Positions 41,009 to 54,687 of a stretch of 64,000 bases of DNA are shown piece by piece; position 1 is the stretch's first letter; each line of letters opens with the position of its first letter. The notes under the pieces are model-generated. The model saw nothing but the letters and a program-made list of their open reading frames with translations, had not been told where the DNA came from and searched no databases. The stretch spans positions 704,001 to 768,000 of the forward strand of contig CP068257.2 of NCBI GenBank assembly GCA_009914755.4. The letters run 5' to 3'. This DNA comes from the human T2T-CHM13v2.0 reference genome, Homo sapiens. Made by a program: the position numbers and the translations under genes.

Positions 41009-42982
41009 CTCTGCACTGTTAACCGAGGTGATTTAACTCTTGTCTAGGCTGTGCCCACAGGGGGTTTGAGACATGTCTCTGCACTGATCCCGAGGTGATC
41101 CAACTGTTGCCTGGTCTCTGCCTACTGGGGACATTGTGACATATCTCTGCACTGATCTCCCAGGTGCTGTAATTTTAGTCTAGGCTCTGGCTACACGGCA
41201 TTGTGACATATCACTGCACTGATCACCCAGGTGATATAAATCTTGTCTAGGCTCTGCCTACAATGACCTTGTGACATATCTCTGCACTGATCACCCAGGT
41301 GATATAACTCTTCTCTAGGATCTGACCACAGGGTGCTTTGTGGCATTTCCCTGCAATGATCACCGAGGTGATATACCACTTGTCAGGGCTCTGCCTACAG
41401 GGGCATTGCAACGTATCTCTGCACTGATCACCTCGGTCTTGTAACTCTTTTCTAGGATCTGCCCACAGGGTGCCTTGTGACGTATCCCAGCAAGGATTAC
41501 CCAGGTGATGTACCTCTCATCAAGGCTCTGCCTACAGGCACATCGCGATGTATCTCTGCACTGATCACCTAGGTCATGTAACTTTTGTCTAGGCTCTGCC
41601 TACGATGGCATTGTGACATATCTCTGCACTAATCATCCAAGTGATGTAACCCTTGTCTAGGATCTGCCTAAATTAACTTTGTGACATAACCCTGTACTGA
41701 TCATCCAGGTGATGGGGCTTTTGTCTAGGCTCTGCCTAAGGGGGCATTGTGACTTATTTCTGCATTGATCACCCAGGTGGCGAACTCTTCTCTTGGATCT
41801 GCCTATGGGGGCATTGTGACAAATCTCTGCACTGATCACCCAGGTGATGTAACTGTTGTGTAACCTCTGCCTACAGGGGAATTGTGAGAGATCTCGCCAC
41901 TGATCACCCAAGTGACGTAACCATTGTCTAGGCTTTGCGTACAGGGGGCTTTGTGACATACCTTTGCACTGATCACCCAGGTGATGTAACACATCTAAGT
42001 TCGGCCTAAAGGAGCTTTGTGACATATCTCTGCACTGATCACCTAGGTGATGGAACACTTTTATAAGCACTGCCTACAGGGAATTTTGACAAATCTCTGC
42101 ACTGATCACCTAGGTGATGTAACTCTTGTCTACCCTCTGTCCAACGGGGCATTGTGAAATATCTCTGCACTGATCACCCAGGTGATTCAACTCTTGACTA
42201 GGATCTGCCTACAGAGGTTATTGTGAAATATCTCTGCACTGATAAACTAGGTGGTGTAATCCTTATCGAAGCTCTGCCTACAGGGGCGTTTTCACATATC
42301 CCTGAAGTGATGACAAAGGTGATGTAACTCTTGCCTAGGCTTTGCCTACAGGGGACATAGGACATATATCTGCGCTGATCACCCAGGTGATGCAACTCTA
42401 GCCTAGGCTTTGCCTACAGGGGACATTGTGACATATCGCTTCAATGATCACCCATGTGATGCAACTCTTGCCTTGGCTTTGACTATAGGGGACATTGTGA
42501 CATATCTCTGCACTGATCTCCCAGGTGCTGTAACATTAGTCTAGACTCTGGCTACACGGCATTGTGACATATCACTGCACTAATCAACCAGGTGACATAA
42601 CTCTTGTCTAGGCCCTGCCTACAGGGGGCTTGTGACATATCTCTGCACTGATCACCCAGGTGATATAACTCTTCTCTAGGGTCTGCCTACAGGGTGCTTT
42701 GCGACATATCCCTGCAATGATCACCCAGGTGATCTAACTCTTGTTTAAGCTCTGCCTAAAGGGGCATTGTGACAGATGTCTGCACTGATTACTCAGGTGA
42801 TGTAACTATTGTCTAGGCTCTGCTTAAAGGGGCCTTGTCACATACCTCTGCACTGATCACCCAGGTGATGTAACTCTTGTCTAGCCTCTGCTTTCACGGC
42901 ATATTGTGACATATCTATGCGCTGATCACCTTAGTGATGTAACACTTGTGTAGGCTCGGCCTACAGGGGAATATTGACATAT
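41009..42982. repeat. H22: HOR copy, 1974 bp, 29-mer, subtype e. Copy of H8.
   Basis: Landmark at 41009. ORFs 41657-42070 and 42198-42395 match H8. Confidence 0.9.
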
Positions 42983-44956
42983 CTCTGCACTGTTAACCGA
43001 GGTGATTTAACTCTTGTCTAGGCTGTGCCCACAGGGGGATTGAGACATGTCTCTGCCATGATCCCGAGGTGATCCAACTGTTGCCTGGTCTCTGCCTACT
43101 GGGGACATTGTGACATATCTCTGCACTGATCTCCCAGGTGCTGTAATTTTAGTCTAGGCTCTGGCTACACGGCATTGTGACATATCACTGCACTGATCAC
43201 CCAGGTTATATAAATCTTGTCTAGGCTCTGCCTACAATGGCCTTGTGACATATCTCTGCACTGATCACCCAGGTGATATAACTCTTCTCTAGGATCTGAC
43301 CACAGGGTGCTTTGTGGCATTTCCCTGCAATGATCACCCAGGTGATATACCACTTGCCAAGGCTCTGCCTACAGGGGCATTGCAATGTATCTCTGCACTG
43401 ATCACCTCGGTCTTGTAACTCTTTTCTAGGATCTGCCCACAGGGTGCCTTGTGACGTATCCCAGCAAGGATTACCCAGGTGATGTACCTCTCATCAAGGC
43501 TCTGCCTACAGGCACATTGCGATGTATCTCTGCACTGATCACCTAGGTCATGTAACTTTTGTCTGGGCTCTGCCTACGATGGCATTGTGACATATCTCTG
43601 CACTAATCATCCAAGTGATGTAACCCTTGTCTAGGATCTGCCTAAATTAACTTTGTGACATAACCCTGTACTGATCATCCAGGTGATGGGGCTTTTGTCT
43701 AGGCTCTGCCTAAGGGGGCATTGTGACATATTTCTGCATTGATCACGCAGGTGGCGAACTCTTCTCTTGGATCTGCCTATGGGGGCATTGTGATAAATCT
43801 CTGCACTCATCACCCAGGTGATGTAACTGTTGTGTAACCTCTGCCTACAGGGGAATTGTGAGAGATCTCGCCACTGATCACCCAAGTGATGTAACCATTG
43901 TCTAGGCTTTGCGTACAGGGGGCTTTGTGACATACCTTTGCACTGATCACCCAGGTGATGTAACACATCTAAGTTCGGCCTAAAGGAGCTTTGTGACATA
44001 TCTCTGCACTGATCACTTAGGTGATGGAACACTTTTATAAGCACTGCCTACAGGGAATTTTGACAAATCTCTGCACTGATCACCTAGGTGATGTAATGCT
44101 TGTCTACCCTCTGTCCAACGGGGCATTGTGAAATATCTCTGCACTGATCACCCAGGTGATTCAACTCTTGACTAGGATCTGCCTACAGAGGTTATTGTGA
44201 AATATCTCTGCACTGATAAACTAGGTGGTGTAATACTTATCGAAGCTCTGCCTACAGGTGCGTTTTCACATATCCCTGAAGTGATGACAAAGGTGATGTA
44301 ACCCTTGCCTAGGCTTTGCCTACAGGGGACATAGGACATATATCTGCACTGATCACCCAGGTGATGCAACTCTAGCCTAGGCTTTGCCTACAGGGGACAT
44401 TGTGACATATCGCTTCAATGATCACCCATGTGATGCAACACTTGCCTAGGCTTTGCCTACAGGGGACATTGTGACATATCTCTGCACTGATCTCCCAGGT
44501 GCTGCAACATTAATCTAGAGTCTGGCTACACGGCATTGTGACATATCACTGCACTGATCAACCAGGTGATATAACTCTTGTCTAGGTCCTGCCTACAGAG
44601 GGCTTGTGACATATCTCTGCACTGATCACCCAGGTGATATAACTCTTCTCTAGGATCTGCCTACAGGGTGATTTGCGACATATCCCTGCAATGATAACCC
44701 AGGTGATCTAACTCTTGTTTAAGCTCTGCCTAAAGGGGCATTGTGACAGACCTGTGCACTGATCACTAAGGTGATGTAACTATTGTCTAGGCTCTGCTTA
44801 AAGGGGCCTTGTCACATACCTCTGCACTGATAACCCAGGTGATGTAACTCTTGTCTAGCCTCTGCTTTCACGGCATATTGTGACATATCCATTCGCAGAT
44901 CACCTTAGTGATGTAACAGTTGTGTAGGCTCGGCCTACAGGGGAATATTGACATAT
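42983..44956. repeat. H23: HOR copy, 1974 bp, 29-mer, subtype f. Copy of H9.
   Basis: Landmark at 42983. ORFs 43631-44044 and 44172-44369 are identical to the H9 ORFs. Local difference 'ggttatataaat' at ~43205 versus 'ggagagataaat' in H9. Confidence 0.9.
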
Positions 44957-46930
44957 CTCTGCACTGTTAACCGAGGTGATTTAACTCTTGTCTAGGCTGT
45001 GCCCACAGCGGGATTGAGACATGTCTCTGCACTGATCCCGAGGTGATCCAACTGTTGCCTGGTCTCTGCCTACTGGGGACATTGTGACATATCTCTGCAC
45101 TGATCTCCCAGGTGCTGTAACTTTAGTCTAGGCTCTGACTACACGGCATTGTGACATATCACTGCACTGATCACCCAGGTGATATAAATCTTGTCTAGGC
45201 TCTGCCTACAATGGCCTTGTGACATATCTCTGCACTGATCACCCAGGTGATATAACTCTTCTCTAGGATCTGACCACAGGGTGCTTTGTGGCATTTCCCT
45301 GCAATGATCACCCAGGTGATATACCACTTGCCAAGGCTCTGCCTACAGGGGCATTGCAATGTATCTCTGCACTGATCACCTCGGTCTTGTAACTCTTTTC
45401 TAGGACCTGCCCACCGGGTGCCTTGTGACGTATCCCAGCAAGGATTACCCAGGTGATGTACCTCTCATCAAGGCTCTGCCTACAGGCACATTGCGATGTA
45501 TCTCTGCACTGATCGCCTAGGTCATGTAACTTTTGTCTAGGCTCTGCCTACGATGGCATTGTGACATATCTCTGCACTAATCATCCAAGTGATGTAACCG
45601 TTGTCTAGGATCTGCCTAAATTAACTTTGTGACATAACCCTGTACTGATCATCCAGGTGATGGGGCTTTTGTCTAGGCTCTGCCTAAGGGGGCATTGTGA
45701 CATATTTCTGCATTGATCACCCAGGTGGCAAACTCTTCTCTTGGATCTGCCTATGGGGGCATTGTGACAAATCTCTGCACTGATCACCCAGGTGATGTAA
45801 CTGTTGTGTAACCTCTGCCTACAGGGGAATTGTGAGAGATCTCACCACTGATCACCCAAGTGACGTAACCATTGTCTAGGCTTTGCGTACAGGGGGCTTT
45901 GTGACATACCTTTGCACTGATCACCCAGGTGATGTAACACATCTAAGTTCGGCCTAAAGGAGCTTTGTGACATACCTCTGCACTGATCACTTAGGTGATG
46001 GAACACTTTTATAAGCACTGCCTACAGGGAATTTTGACAAATCTCTGCACTGATCACCTAGGTGATGTAACGCTTGTCTACCCTCTGTCCAACGGGGCAT
46101 TGTGAAATATCTCTGCATTGATCACCCAGGTGATTCAACTCTTGACTAGGATCTGCCTACAGAGGTTATTGTGAAATATCTCTGCACTGATAAACTAGGT
46201 GGTGTAATCCTTATCGAAGCTCTGCCTACAGGGGCGTTTTCACATATCCCTGAAGTGATGACAAAGGTGATGTAACCCTTGCCTAGGCTTTGTCTACAGG
46301 GGACATAGAACATATATCTGCACTGATCACCCAGGTGATGCAACTCTAGCCTAGGCTTTGCCTACAGGGGACATTGTGACATATCGCTTCAATGATCACC
46401 CATGTGATGCAACTCTTGCCTAGGCTTTGCCTACAGGGGACATTGTGACATATCTCTGCACTGATCTCCCAGGTGCTGTAACATTAGTCTAGACTCTGGC
46501 TACACGGCATTGTGACATATCACTGCACTGATCAACCAGGTGATATAACACTTGTCTAAGCCCTGCCTACATGGGGCTTGTGACATATCTCTGCACTGAT
46601 CACCCAGGTGATATAACTCTTCTCTAGGATCTGCCTACAGGGTGCTTTGCGACATATCCCTGCAATGATCACCCAGGTGATCTAACTCTTGTTTAAGCTC
46701 TGCCTAAAGGGGCATTGTGACAGACCTCTGCACTGATCACTCAGGTGATGTAACTATTGTCTAGGCTCTGCTTAACGGGGCCTTGTCACATACCTCTGTA
46801 CTGATCACCCAGGTGATGTAACTCTTGTCTAGCCTCTGCTTTCACGGCATATTGTGACATATCTATGCGCTGATCACCTTAGTGATGTAACACTTGTGTA
46901 GGCTCGGCCTACAGGGGAATATTGACATAT
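44957..46930. repeat. H24: HOR copy, 1974 bp, 29-mer, c/g-like subtype.
   Basis: Landmark at 44957. ORFs 45605-45787 ('RRVCHLGDQ') and 46146-46343 ('MFYVPCRQ'). 'taggacctgcccaccgggtg' variant at ~45401. Confidence 0.85.
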
Positions 46931-48835
46931 CTCTGCACTGTTAACCGAGGTGATTTAACTCTTGTCTAGGCTGTGCCCACAGGGGAATTGAGACATGTCT
47001 CTGCACTGATCCCGAGGTGATCCAACTGTTGCCTGGTCTCTGCCTACTGGGGACATTGTGACATATCTCTGCACTGATCTCCCAGGTGCTGTAACTTTAG
47101 TCTAGGCTCTGGCTACACGGCTTTGTGAGATATCACTGCACTGATCACCCAGGTGATATAAATCTTGTCTAGGCTCTGCCTACAATGGCCTTGTGACATA
47201 TCTCTGCACTGATCACCCAGGTGATATAACTCTTCTCTAGGATCTGACCACAGGGTGCTTTGTGGCATTTCCCTGCAATGATCACCCAGGTGAAATACCA
47301 CTTGCCAAGGCTCTGCCTACAGGGGCATTGCAATATATCTCTGCACTGATCACCTCGGTCTTGCAACTCTTTTCTAGGATGTGCCCACAGGGTGCCTTGT
47401 GACGTATCCCAGCAAGGATTACCCAGGTGATGTACCTCTCATCAAGGCTCTGCCTACAGGCACATTGCGATGTATCTCTGCACTGATCACCTAGGTCATG
47501 TAACTTTTGTCTGGGCTCTGCCTACGATGGCATTGTGACATATCTCTGCACTAATCATCCAAGTGATGTAACCCTTGTCTAGGATCTGCCTAAATTAACT
47601 TTGTGACATAACCCTGTACTGATCATCCAGGTGATGGGGCTTTTGTCTAGGCTCTGCCTAAGGGGGCATTGTGACATATTTCTGCATTGATCACCCAGGT
47701 GGCGAACTCTTCTCTTGGATCTGCCTATGGGGGCATTGTGACAAATCTCTGCACTGATAACCCAGGTGATGTAACGGTTGTGTAACCTCTGCCTACAGGG
47801 GAATTGTGAGAGATCTCGCCACTGATCACCCAAGTGATGAAACCATTGTCTAGGCTTTGCGTACAGGGGGCTTTGTGACATACCTTTGCACTGATCACCC
47901 AGGTGATGTAACACATCTAAGTTCGGCCTAAAGGAGCTTTGTGACATATCTCTGCACTGATCACTTAGGTGATGGAACACTTTTATAAGCACTGCCTACA
48001 GGGAATTTTGACAAATCTCTGCACTGATCACCTAGGTGATGTAACGCTTGTCTACCCTCTGTCCAACGGGGCATTGTGAAATATCTCTGCACTGATCACC
48101 CAGGTGATTCAACTCTTGACTAGGATCTGCCTACAGAGGTTATTGTGAAATATCTCTGCACTGATAAACTAGGTGGTGTAATCCTTATCGAAGCTCTGCC
48201 TACAGGGGCGTTTTCACATATCCCTGAAGTGATGACAAAGGTGATGTAACTCTTGCCTAGGCTTTGCCTACAGGGGACATAGGACATATATCTGCACTGA
48301 TTACCCAGGTGATGCAACTGTAGCCTAGGCTTTGCCTACAGGGGACATTGTGACATATCGCTTCAATGATCACCCATGTGATGCAACTCTTGCCTAGGCT
48401 TTGCCTACAGGGGACATTGTGACATATCTCAGCACTGATGTCCCAGGTGCTGTAACATTAGTCTAGACTCTGGCTACACGGCATTGTGACATATCACTGC
48501 ACTGATCAACCAGGTGATATAACTCTTGTCTAGGCTCTGCCTACAGGGGGCTTGTGACATATCCCTGCAATGATCATCCAGGTGATCTAACTCTTGTTTA
48601 AGCTCTGCCTAAAGGGGCATTCTGACAGATCTCTGCACTGATCACTCAGGTGATGTAACTATTGTCTAGGCTCTGCTTAAAGGGGCCTTGTCACATACCT
48701 CTGCACTGATCACCAAGGTGATGTAACTCTTGTCTAGCCTCTGCTTTCACGGCATATTGTGACATATCCATGCGCTGATCACCTTAGTGATGTAACACTT
48801 GTGTAGGCTCGGCCTTCAGGGGAATATTGACATAT
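46931..48835. repeat. H25: HOR copy, 1905 bp, 28-mer, subtype b.
   Basis: Landmark at 46931. ORFs 47113 (MVFHLGDH), 47169 (MQDRGDQ) and 47579-47992 ('NRYITWVIS'). Confidence 0.9.
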
Positions 48836-50808
48836 CTCTGCACTGTTAACCGAGGTGATTTAACTCTTGTCTAGGCTGTGCCCACAGGGGGATTGAGACA
48901 TGTCTCTGCACTGATCCCGAGGTAATCCAACTGTTGCCTGGTCTCTGCCTACTGGGGACATTGTGACATATCTCTGCACTGATCTCCCAGGTGCTGTAAC
49001 TTTAGTCTAGGCTCTGGCTACACGGCATTGTGACATATCACTGCACTGATCACCCAGGTGATATAAATCTTGTCTAGGCTCTGCCTACAATGGCCTTGTG
49101 ACATATCACTGCACTGATCACCCAGGTGATATAACTCTTCTCGAGGATCTGACCACAGGGTGCTTTGTGGCATTTCCCTGCAATGATCACCCAGGTGATA
49201 TACCACTTGCCAAGGCTCTGCCTACAGGGGCATTGCAATGTATCTCTGCACTGATCACCTCGTTCTTGTAACTCTTTTCTAGGATCTGCCCACAGGGTGC
49301 CTTGTGACGTATCCCAGCAAGGATTACCCAGGTGATGTACCTCTCATCAAGGCTCTGCCTACAGGCACATTGCGATGTATCTCTACACTGATCACCTAGG
49401 TCATGTAACTTTTGTCTAGGCTCTGCCTACGATGGCATTGTGACATATCTCTGCACTAATCATCCAAGTGATGTAACCCTTGTCTAGGATCTGCCTAAAT
49501 TAACTTTGTGACATAACCCTGTACTGATCATCCAGGTGATGGGGCTTTTGTCTAGGCTCTACCTTAAGGGGGCATTGTGACATATTTCTGCATTGATCAC
49601 CCAGGTGGCGAACTCTTCTCTTGGATCTGCCTATGGGGGCATTGTGACAAATCTCTGCACTCATCACCCAGGTGATGTAACTGTTGTGTAACCTCTGCCT
49701 ACAGGGGAATTGGGAGAGATCTCGCCACTGATCACCCAAGTGATGTAACCATTGTCTAGGCTTTGCGTACAGGGGCTTTGTGACATACCTTTGCACTGAT
49801 CACCCAGGTGATGTAACACATCTAAATTCGACCTAAAGGAGCTTTGTGACATATCTCTGCACTGATCACTTAGGTGATGGAACACTTTTATAAGCACTGC
49901 CTACAGGGAATTTTGACAAATCTCTGCACTGATCACCTAGGTGATGTAACTCTTGTCTACCCTCTGTCCAACGGGGCATTGTGAAATATCTCTGCACTGA
50001 TCACCCAGGTGATTCAACTCTTGACTAGTATCTGCCTACAGAGGTTATTGTGAAATATCTCTGCACTGATAAACTAGGTGGTGTAATCCTTATCGAAGCT
50101 CTGCCTACAGGGGCGTTTTCACATATCCCTGAAGTGATGACAAAGGTGATGTAACCCTTGCCTAGGCTTTGCCTACAGGGGATATAAGACATATATCTGC
50201 ACTGATCACCCAGGTGATGCAACTCTAGCCTAGGCTTTGCCTACAGGGGACATTGTGACATATCGCTTCAATGATCACCCATGTGATGCAACAATTGCCT
50301 AGGCTTTGCCTACAGGGGACATTGTGACATAAATCTGCACTGATCTCCCAGGTGCTGTAACATTAGTCTAGACTCTGGCTACACGGCATTGTGACATGTC
50401 ACTGCACTGATCAACCAGGTGATATAACTCTTGTCTAGGCCCTGCCTACAGGGGGCTTGTGACATATCTCTGCACTGATCACCCAGGTGATATAACTCTT
50501 CTCTAGGATCTGCCTACAGGGTGCTTTGCGACATATCCCTGCAATGATCACCCAGGTGATCTAACTCTTGTTTAAGCTCTGCCTAAAGGGGCATTGTGAC
50601 AGACCTCTGCACTGATCACTCAGGTGATGTAACTATTGTCTAGGCTCTGCTTAAAGGGGCCTTGTCACATACCTCTGCACTGATCACCCAGGTGATGTAA
50701 CTCTTGTCTAGACTCTGTTTCACGGCATATTGTGACATATCTATGCGCTGATCACCTTAGTGATGTAACACTTGTGTAGGCTCGGCCTACAGGGGAATAT
50801 TGACATAT
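48836..50808. repeat. H26: HOR copy, 1973 bp, 29-mer, subtype a.
   Basis: Landmark at 48836. ORFs 49018 ('DQCSDMSQ'), 49500, 49664 and 50025 ('MSYIPCRQ...GRY'). Confidence 0.9.
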
Positions 50809-52713
50809 CTCTGCACTGTTAACCGAGGTGATTTAACTCTTGTCTAGGCTGTGCCCACAGGGGGATTGAGACATGTCTCTGCACTGATCCCGAGGTGATC
50901 CAACTGTTGCCTGGTCTCTGCCTACTGGGGACATTGTGACATATCTCTGCACTGATCTCCCAGGTGCTGTAACTTTAGTCTAGGCTCTGGCTACACGGCA
51001 TTGTGACATATCACTGCACTGATCACCCAGGTGATATAAATCTTGTCTAGGCTCTACCTACAATGGCCTTGTGACATATCTCTGCACTGATCACCCAGGT
51101 GATATAACTCTTCTCTAGGATCTGACCACAGGGTGCTTTGTGGCATTTCCCTGCAATGATCACCCAGGTGATATACCACTTGCCAAGGCTCTGCCTACAG
51201 GGGCATTGCAATGTATCTCTGCACTGATCACCTCGGTCTTGTAACTCTTTTCTAGGATCTGCCCACAGGGTGCCTTGTGACGTATCCCAGCAAGGATTAC
51301 CCAGGTGATGTACCTCTCATCAAGGCTCTGCCTACAGGCACATTGCGATGTATCTCTGCTCTGATCACCTAAGTCATGTAACTTTTGTCTAGGCTCTGCC
51401 TACGATGGCATTGTGACAAATCTCTGCACTAATCATCCAAGTGATGTAACCCTTGTCTAGGATCTGCCTAAAGTAACTTTGTGACATAACCCTGTACTGA
51501 TCATCCAGGTGATGCGGCTTTTGTCTAGGCTCTGCCTAAGGGGGCATTGTGACATATTTCTGCATTGATCACCCAGGTGGCGAACTCTTCTCTTGGATCT
51601 GCCTATGGGGGCATTGTGACAAATCTCTGCACTGATCACCCAGGTGATGTAACTGTTGTGTAACCTCTGCCTACAGGGGAATTGTGTGAGATCTCGCCAC
51701 TGATCACCCAAGTGATGTAACCATTGTCTAGGCTTTGCGTACAGGGGGCTTTGTGACATACCTTTGCACTGATCACCCAGGTGATGTAACACATCTAAGT
51801 TCGGCCTAAAGGAGCTTTGTGACATATCTCTGCACTGATCACTTAGGTGATGGAACACTTTTATAAGCACTGCCTACAGGGAATTTTGACAAATCTCTGC
51901 ACTGATCACCTAGGTGATGTAACGCTTGTCTACCCTCTGTCCAACGGGGCATTGTGAAATATCTCTGCACTGATCACCCAGGTGATTCAACTCTTGACTA
52001 GGATCTGCCTACAGAGGTTATTGTGAAATATCTCTGCACTGATAAACTAGGTGGTGTAATCCTTATCGAAGCTCTGCCTGCAGGGGCGTTTTCACATATC
52101 CCTGAATTGATGACAAAGGTGATGTAACCCTTGCCTAGGCTTTGCCTACAGGGGACATAGGACATATATCTGCACTGATCACCCAGGTGATGCAACTCTA
52201 GCCTAGGCTTTGCCTACAGGGGACATTGTGACATATCTCTGCACTGATCTCCCAGGTGCTGTAACATTAGTCTAGACTCTGGCTACACGGCATTGTGACA
52301 TATCACTGCACTGATCAACCAGGTGATATAACTCTTGTCTAGGCCCTGACTACAGGGGGCTTGTGACATATCTCTGCACTGATCACCCAGGTGATATAAC
52401 TCTTCTCTAGGGTCTGCCTACAGGGTGCTTTGCGACGTATCCCTGCAATGATCACCCAGGTGATCTAACTCTTGTTTAAGCTCTGCCTAAAGGGGCATTG
52501 TGACAGACCTCTGCACTGATCACTCAGGTGATGTAACTATTGTCTAGGCTCTGCTTAAAGGGGCCTTGTCACATACCTCTGCACTGATCACCCAGGTGAT
52601 GTAACTCTTGTCTAGACTCTGCTTTCACGGCATATTGTGACATATCTATGCGCTGATCACCTTAGTGATGTAACACTTCTGTAGGCTCGGCCTACAGGGG
52701 AATATTGACATAT
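50809..52713. repeat. H27: HOR copy, 1905 bp, 28-mer, subtype d.
   Basis: Landmark at 50809. ORFs 51457-51870 and 51998-52195 are identical to the H21 ORFs. Confidence 0.9.
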
Positions 52714-54687
52714 CTCTGCACTGTTAACCGAGGTGATTTAACTCTTGTCTAGGCTGTGCCCACAGGGGGTTTGAGACATGTCTCTGCACTGATCCCGAGG
52801 TGATCCAACTGTTGCCTGGTCTCTGCCTACTGGGGACATTGTGACATATCTCCGCACTGATCTCCCAGGTGCTGTAATTTTAGTCTAGGCTCTGGCTACA
52901 CGGCATTGTGACATATCACTGCACTGATCACCCAGGTGATATAAATCTTGTCTAGGCTCTGCCTACAATGACCTTGTGACATATCTCTGCACTGATCACC
53001 CAGGTGATATAACTCTTCTCTAGGATCTGACCACAGGGTGCTTTGTGGCATTTCCCTGCAATGATCACCGAGGTGATATACCACTTGTCAGGGCTCTGCC
53101 TACAGGGGCATTGCAACGTATCTCTGCACTGATCACCACGGTCTTGTAACTCTTTTCTAGGATCTGCCCACAGGGTGCCTTGTGACGTATCCCAGCAAGG
53201 ATTACCCAGGTGATGTACCTCTCATCAAGGCTCTGCCTACAGGCACATTGCGATGTATCTCTGCACTGATCACCTAGGTCATGTAACTTTTGTCTAGGCT
53301 CTGCCTACGATGGCATTGTGACATATCTCTGCACTAATCATCCAAGTGATGTAACCCTTGTCTAGGATCTGCCTAAATTAACTTTGTGACGTAACCCTGT
53401 ACTGATCATCCAGGTGATGGGGCTTTTGTCTAGGCTCTGCCTAAGGGGGCATTGTGACTTATTTCTGCATTGATCACCCAGGTGGCGAACTCTTCTCTTG
53501 GATCTGCCTATGGGGGCATTGTGACAAATCTCTGCACTGATCACCCAGGTGATGTAACTGTTGTGTAACCTCTGCCTACAGGGGAATTGTGAGAGATCTC
53601 GCCACTGATCACCCAAGTGACGTAACCATTGTCTAGGCTTTGCGTACAGGGGGCTTTGTGACATACCTTTGCACTGATCACCCAGGTGATGTAACACATC
53701 TAAGTTCGGCCTAAAGGAGCTTTGTGACATATCTCTGCACTGATCACCTAGGTGATGGAACACTTTTATAAGCACTGCCTACAGGGAATTTTGACAAATC
53801 TCTGCACTGATCACCTAGGTGATGTAACTCTTGTCTACCCTCTGTCCAACGGGGCATTGTGAAATATCTCTGCACTGATCACCCAGGTGATTCAACTCTT
53901 GACTAGGATCTGCCTACAGAGGTTATTGTGAAATATCTCTGCACTGATAAACTAGGTGGTGTAATCCTTATCGAAGCTCTGCCTACAGGGGCGTTTTCAC
54001 ATATCCCTGAAGTGATGACAAAGGTGATGTAACTCTTGCCTAGGCTTTGCCTACAGGGGACATAGGACATATATCTGCGCTGATCACCCAGGTGATGCAA
54101 CTCTAGCCTAGGCTTTGCCTACAGGGGACATTGTGACATATCGCTTCAATGATCACCCATGTGATGCAACTCTTGCCTTGGCTTTGCCTACAGGGGACAT
54201 TGTGACATATCTCTGCACTGATCTCCCATGTGCTGTAACATTAGTCTAGACTCTGGCTACACGGCATTGTGACATATCACTGCACTAATCAACCAGGTGA
54301 TATAACTCTTGTCTAGGCCCTGCCTACAGGGGGCTTGTGACATATCTCTGCACTGATCACCCAGGTGATATAACTCTTCTCTAGGGTCTGCCTACAGGGT
54401 GCTTTGCGACATATCCCTGCAATGATCACCCAGGTGATCTAACTCTTGTTTAAGCTCTGCCTAAAGGGGCATTGTGACAGATCTCTGCACTGATCACTCA
54501 GGTGATGTAACTATTGTCTAGGCTCTGCTTAAAGGGGCCTTGTCACATACCTCTGCACTGATCACCCAGGTGATGTAACTCTTGTCTAGCCTCTGCTTTC
54601 ACGGCATATTGTGACATATCTATGCGCTGATCACCTTAGTGATGTAACACTTGTGTAGGCTCGGCCTACAGGGGAATATTGACATAT
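52714..54687. repeat. H28: HOR copy, 1974 bp, 29-mer, subtype e.
   Basis: Landmark at 52714. ORFs 53362-53775 ('GLRHKVNLGRS') and 53903-54100. Confidence 0.9.

Larger units (their letters stand above)
30870..44984. repeat. Super-repeat copy 2 (~14.1 kb). Paralog of 3445-17560.
   Basis: See copy 1. The left breakpoint lies within the shared stretch 30870-30965. The right breakpoint is at 44985, just after the landmark monomer. Confidence 0.85.

Noticed and set aside
3445-44984. Interpreting the 27,424-bp-offset duplication as an assembly artefact (the same locus assembled twice).
   Set aside because: The two copies differ by scattered substitutions and 1-bp indels, and the copy boundaries are clean homologous junctions. 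This is more consistent with true paralogous blocks. It cannot be excluded without read-level evidence, so it is listed as a refutation condition rather than a call.
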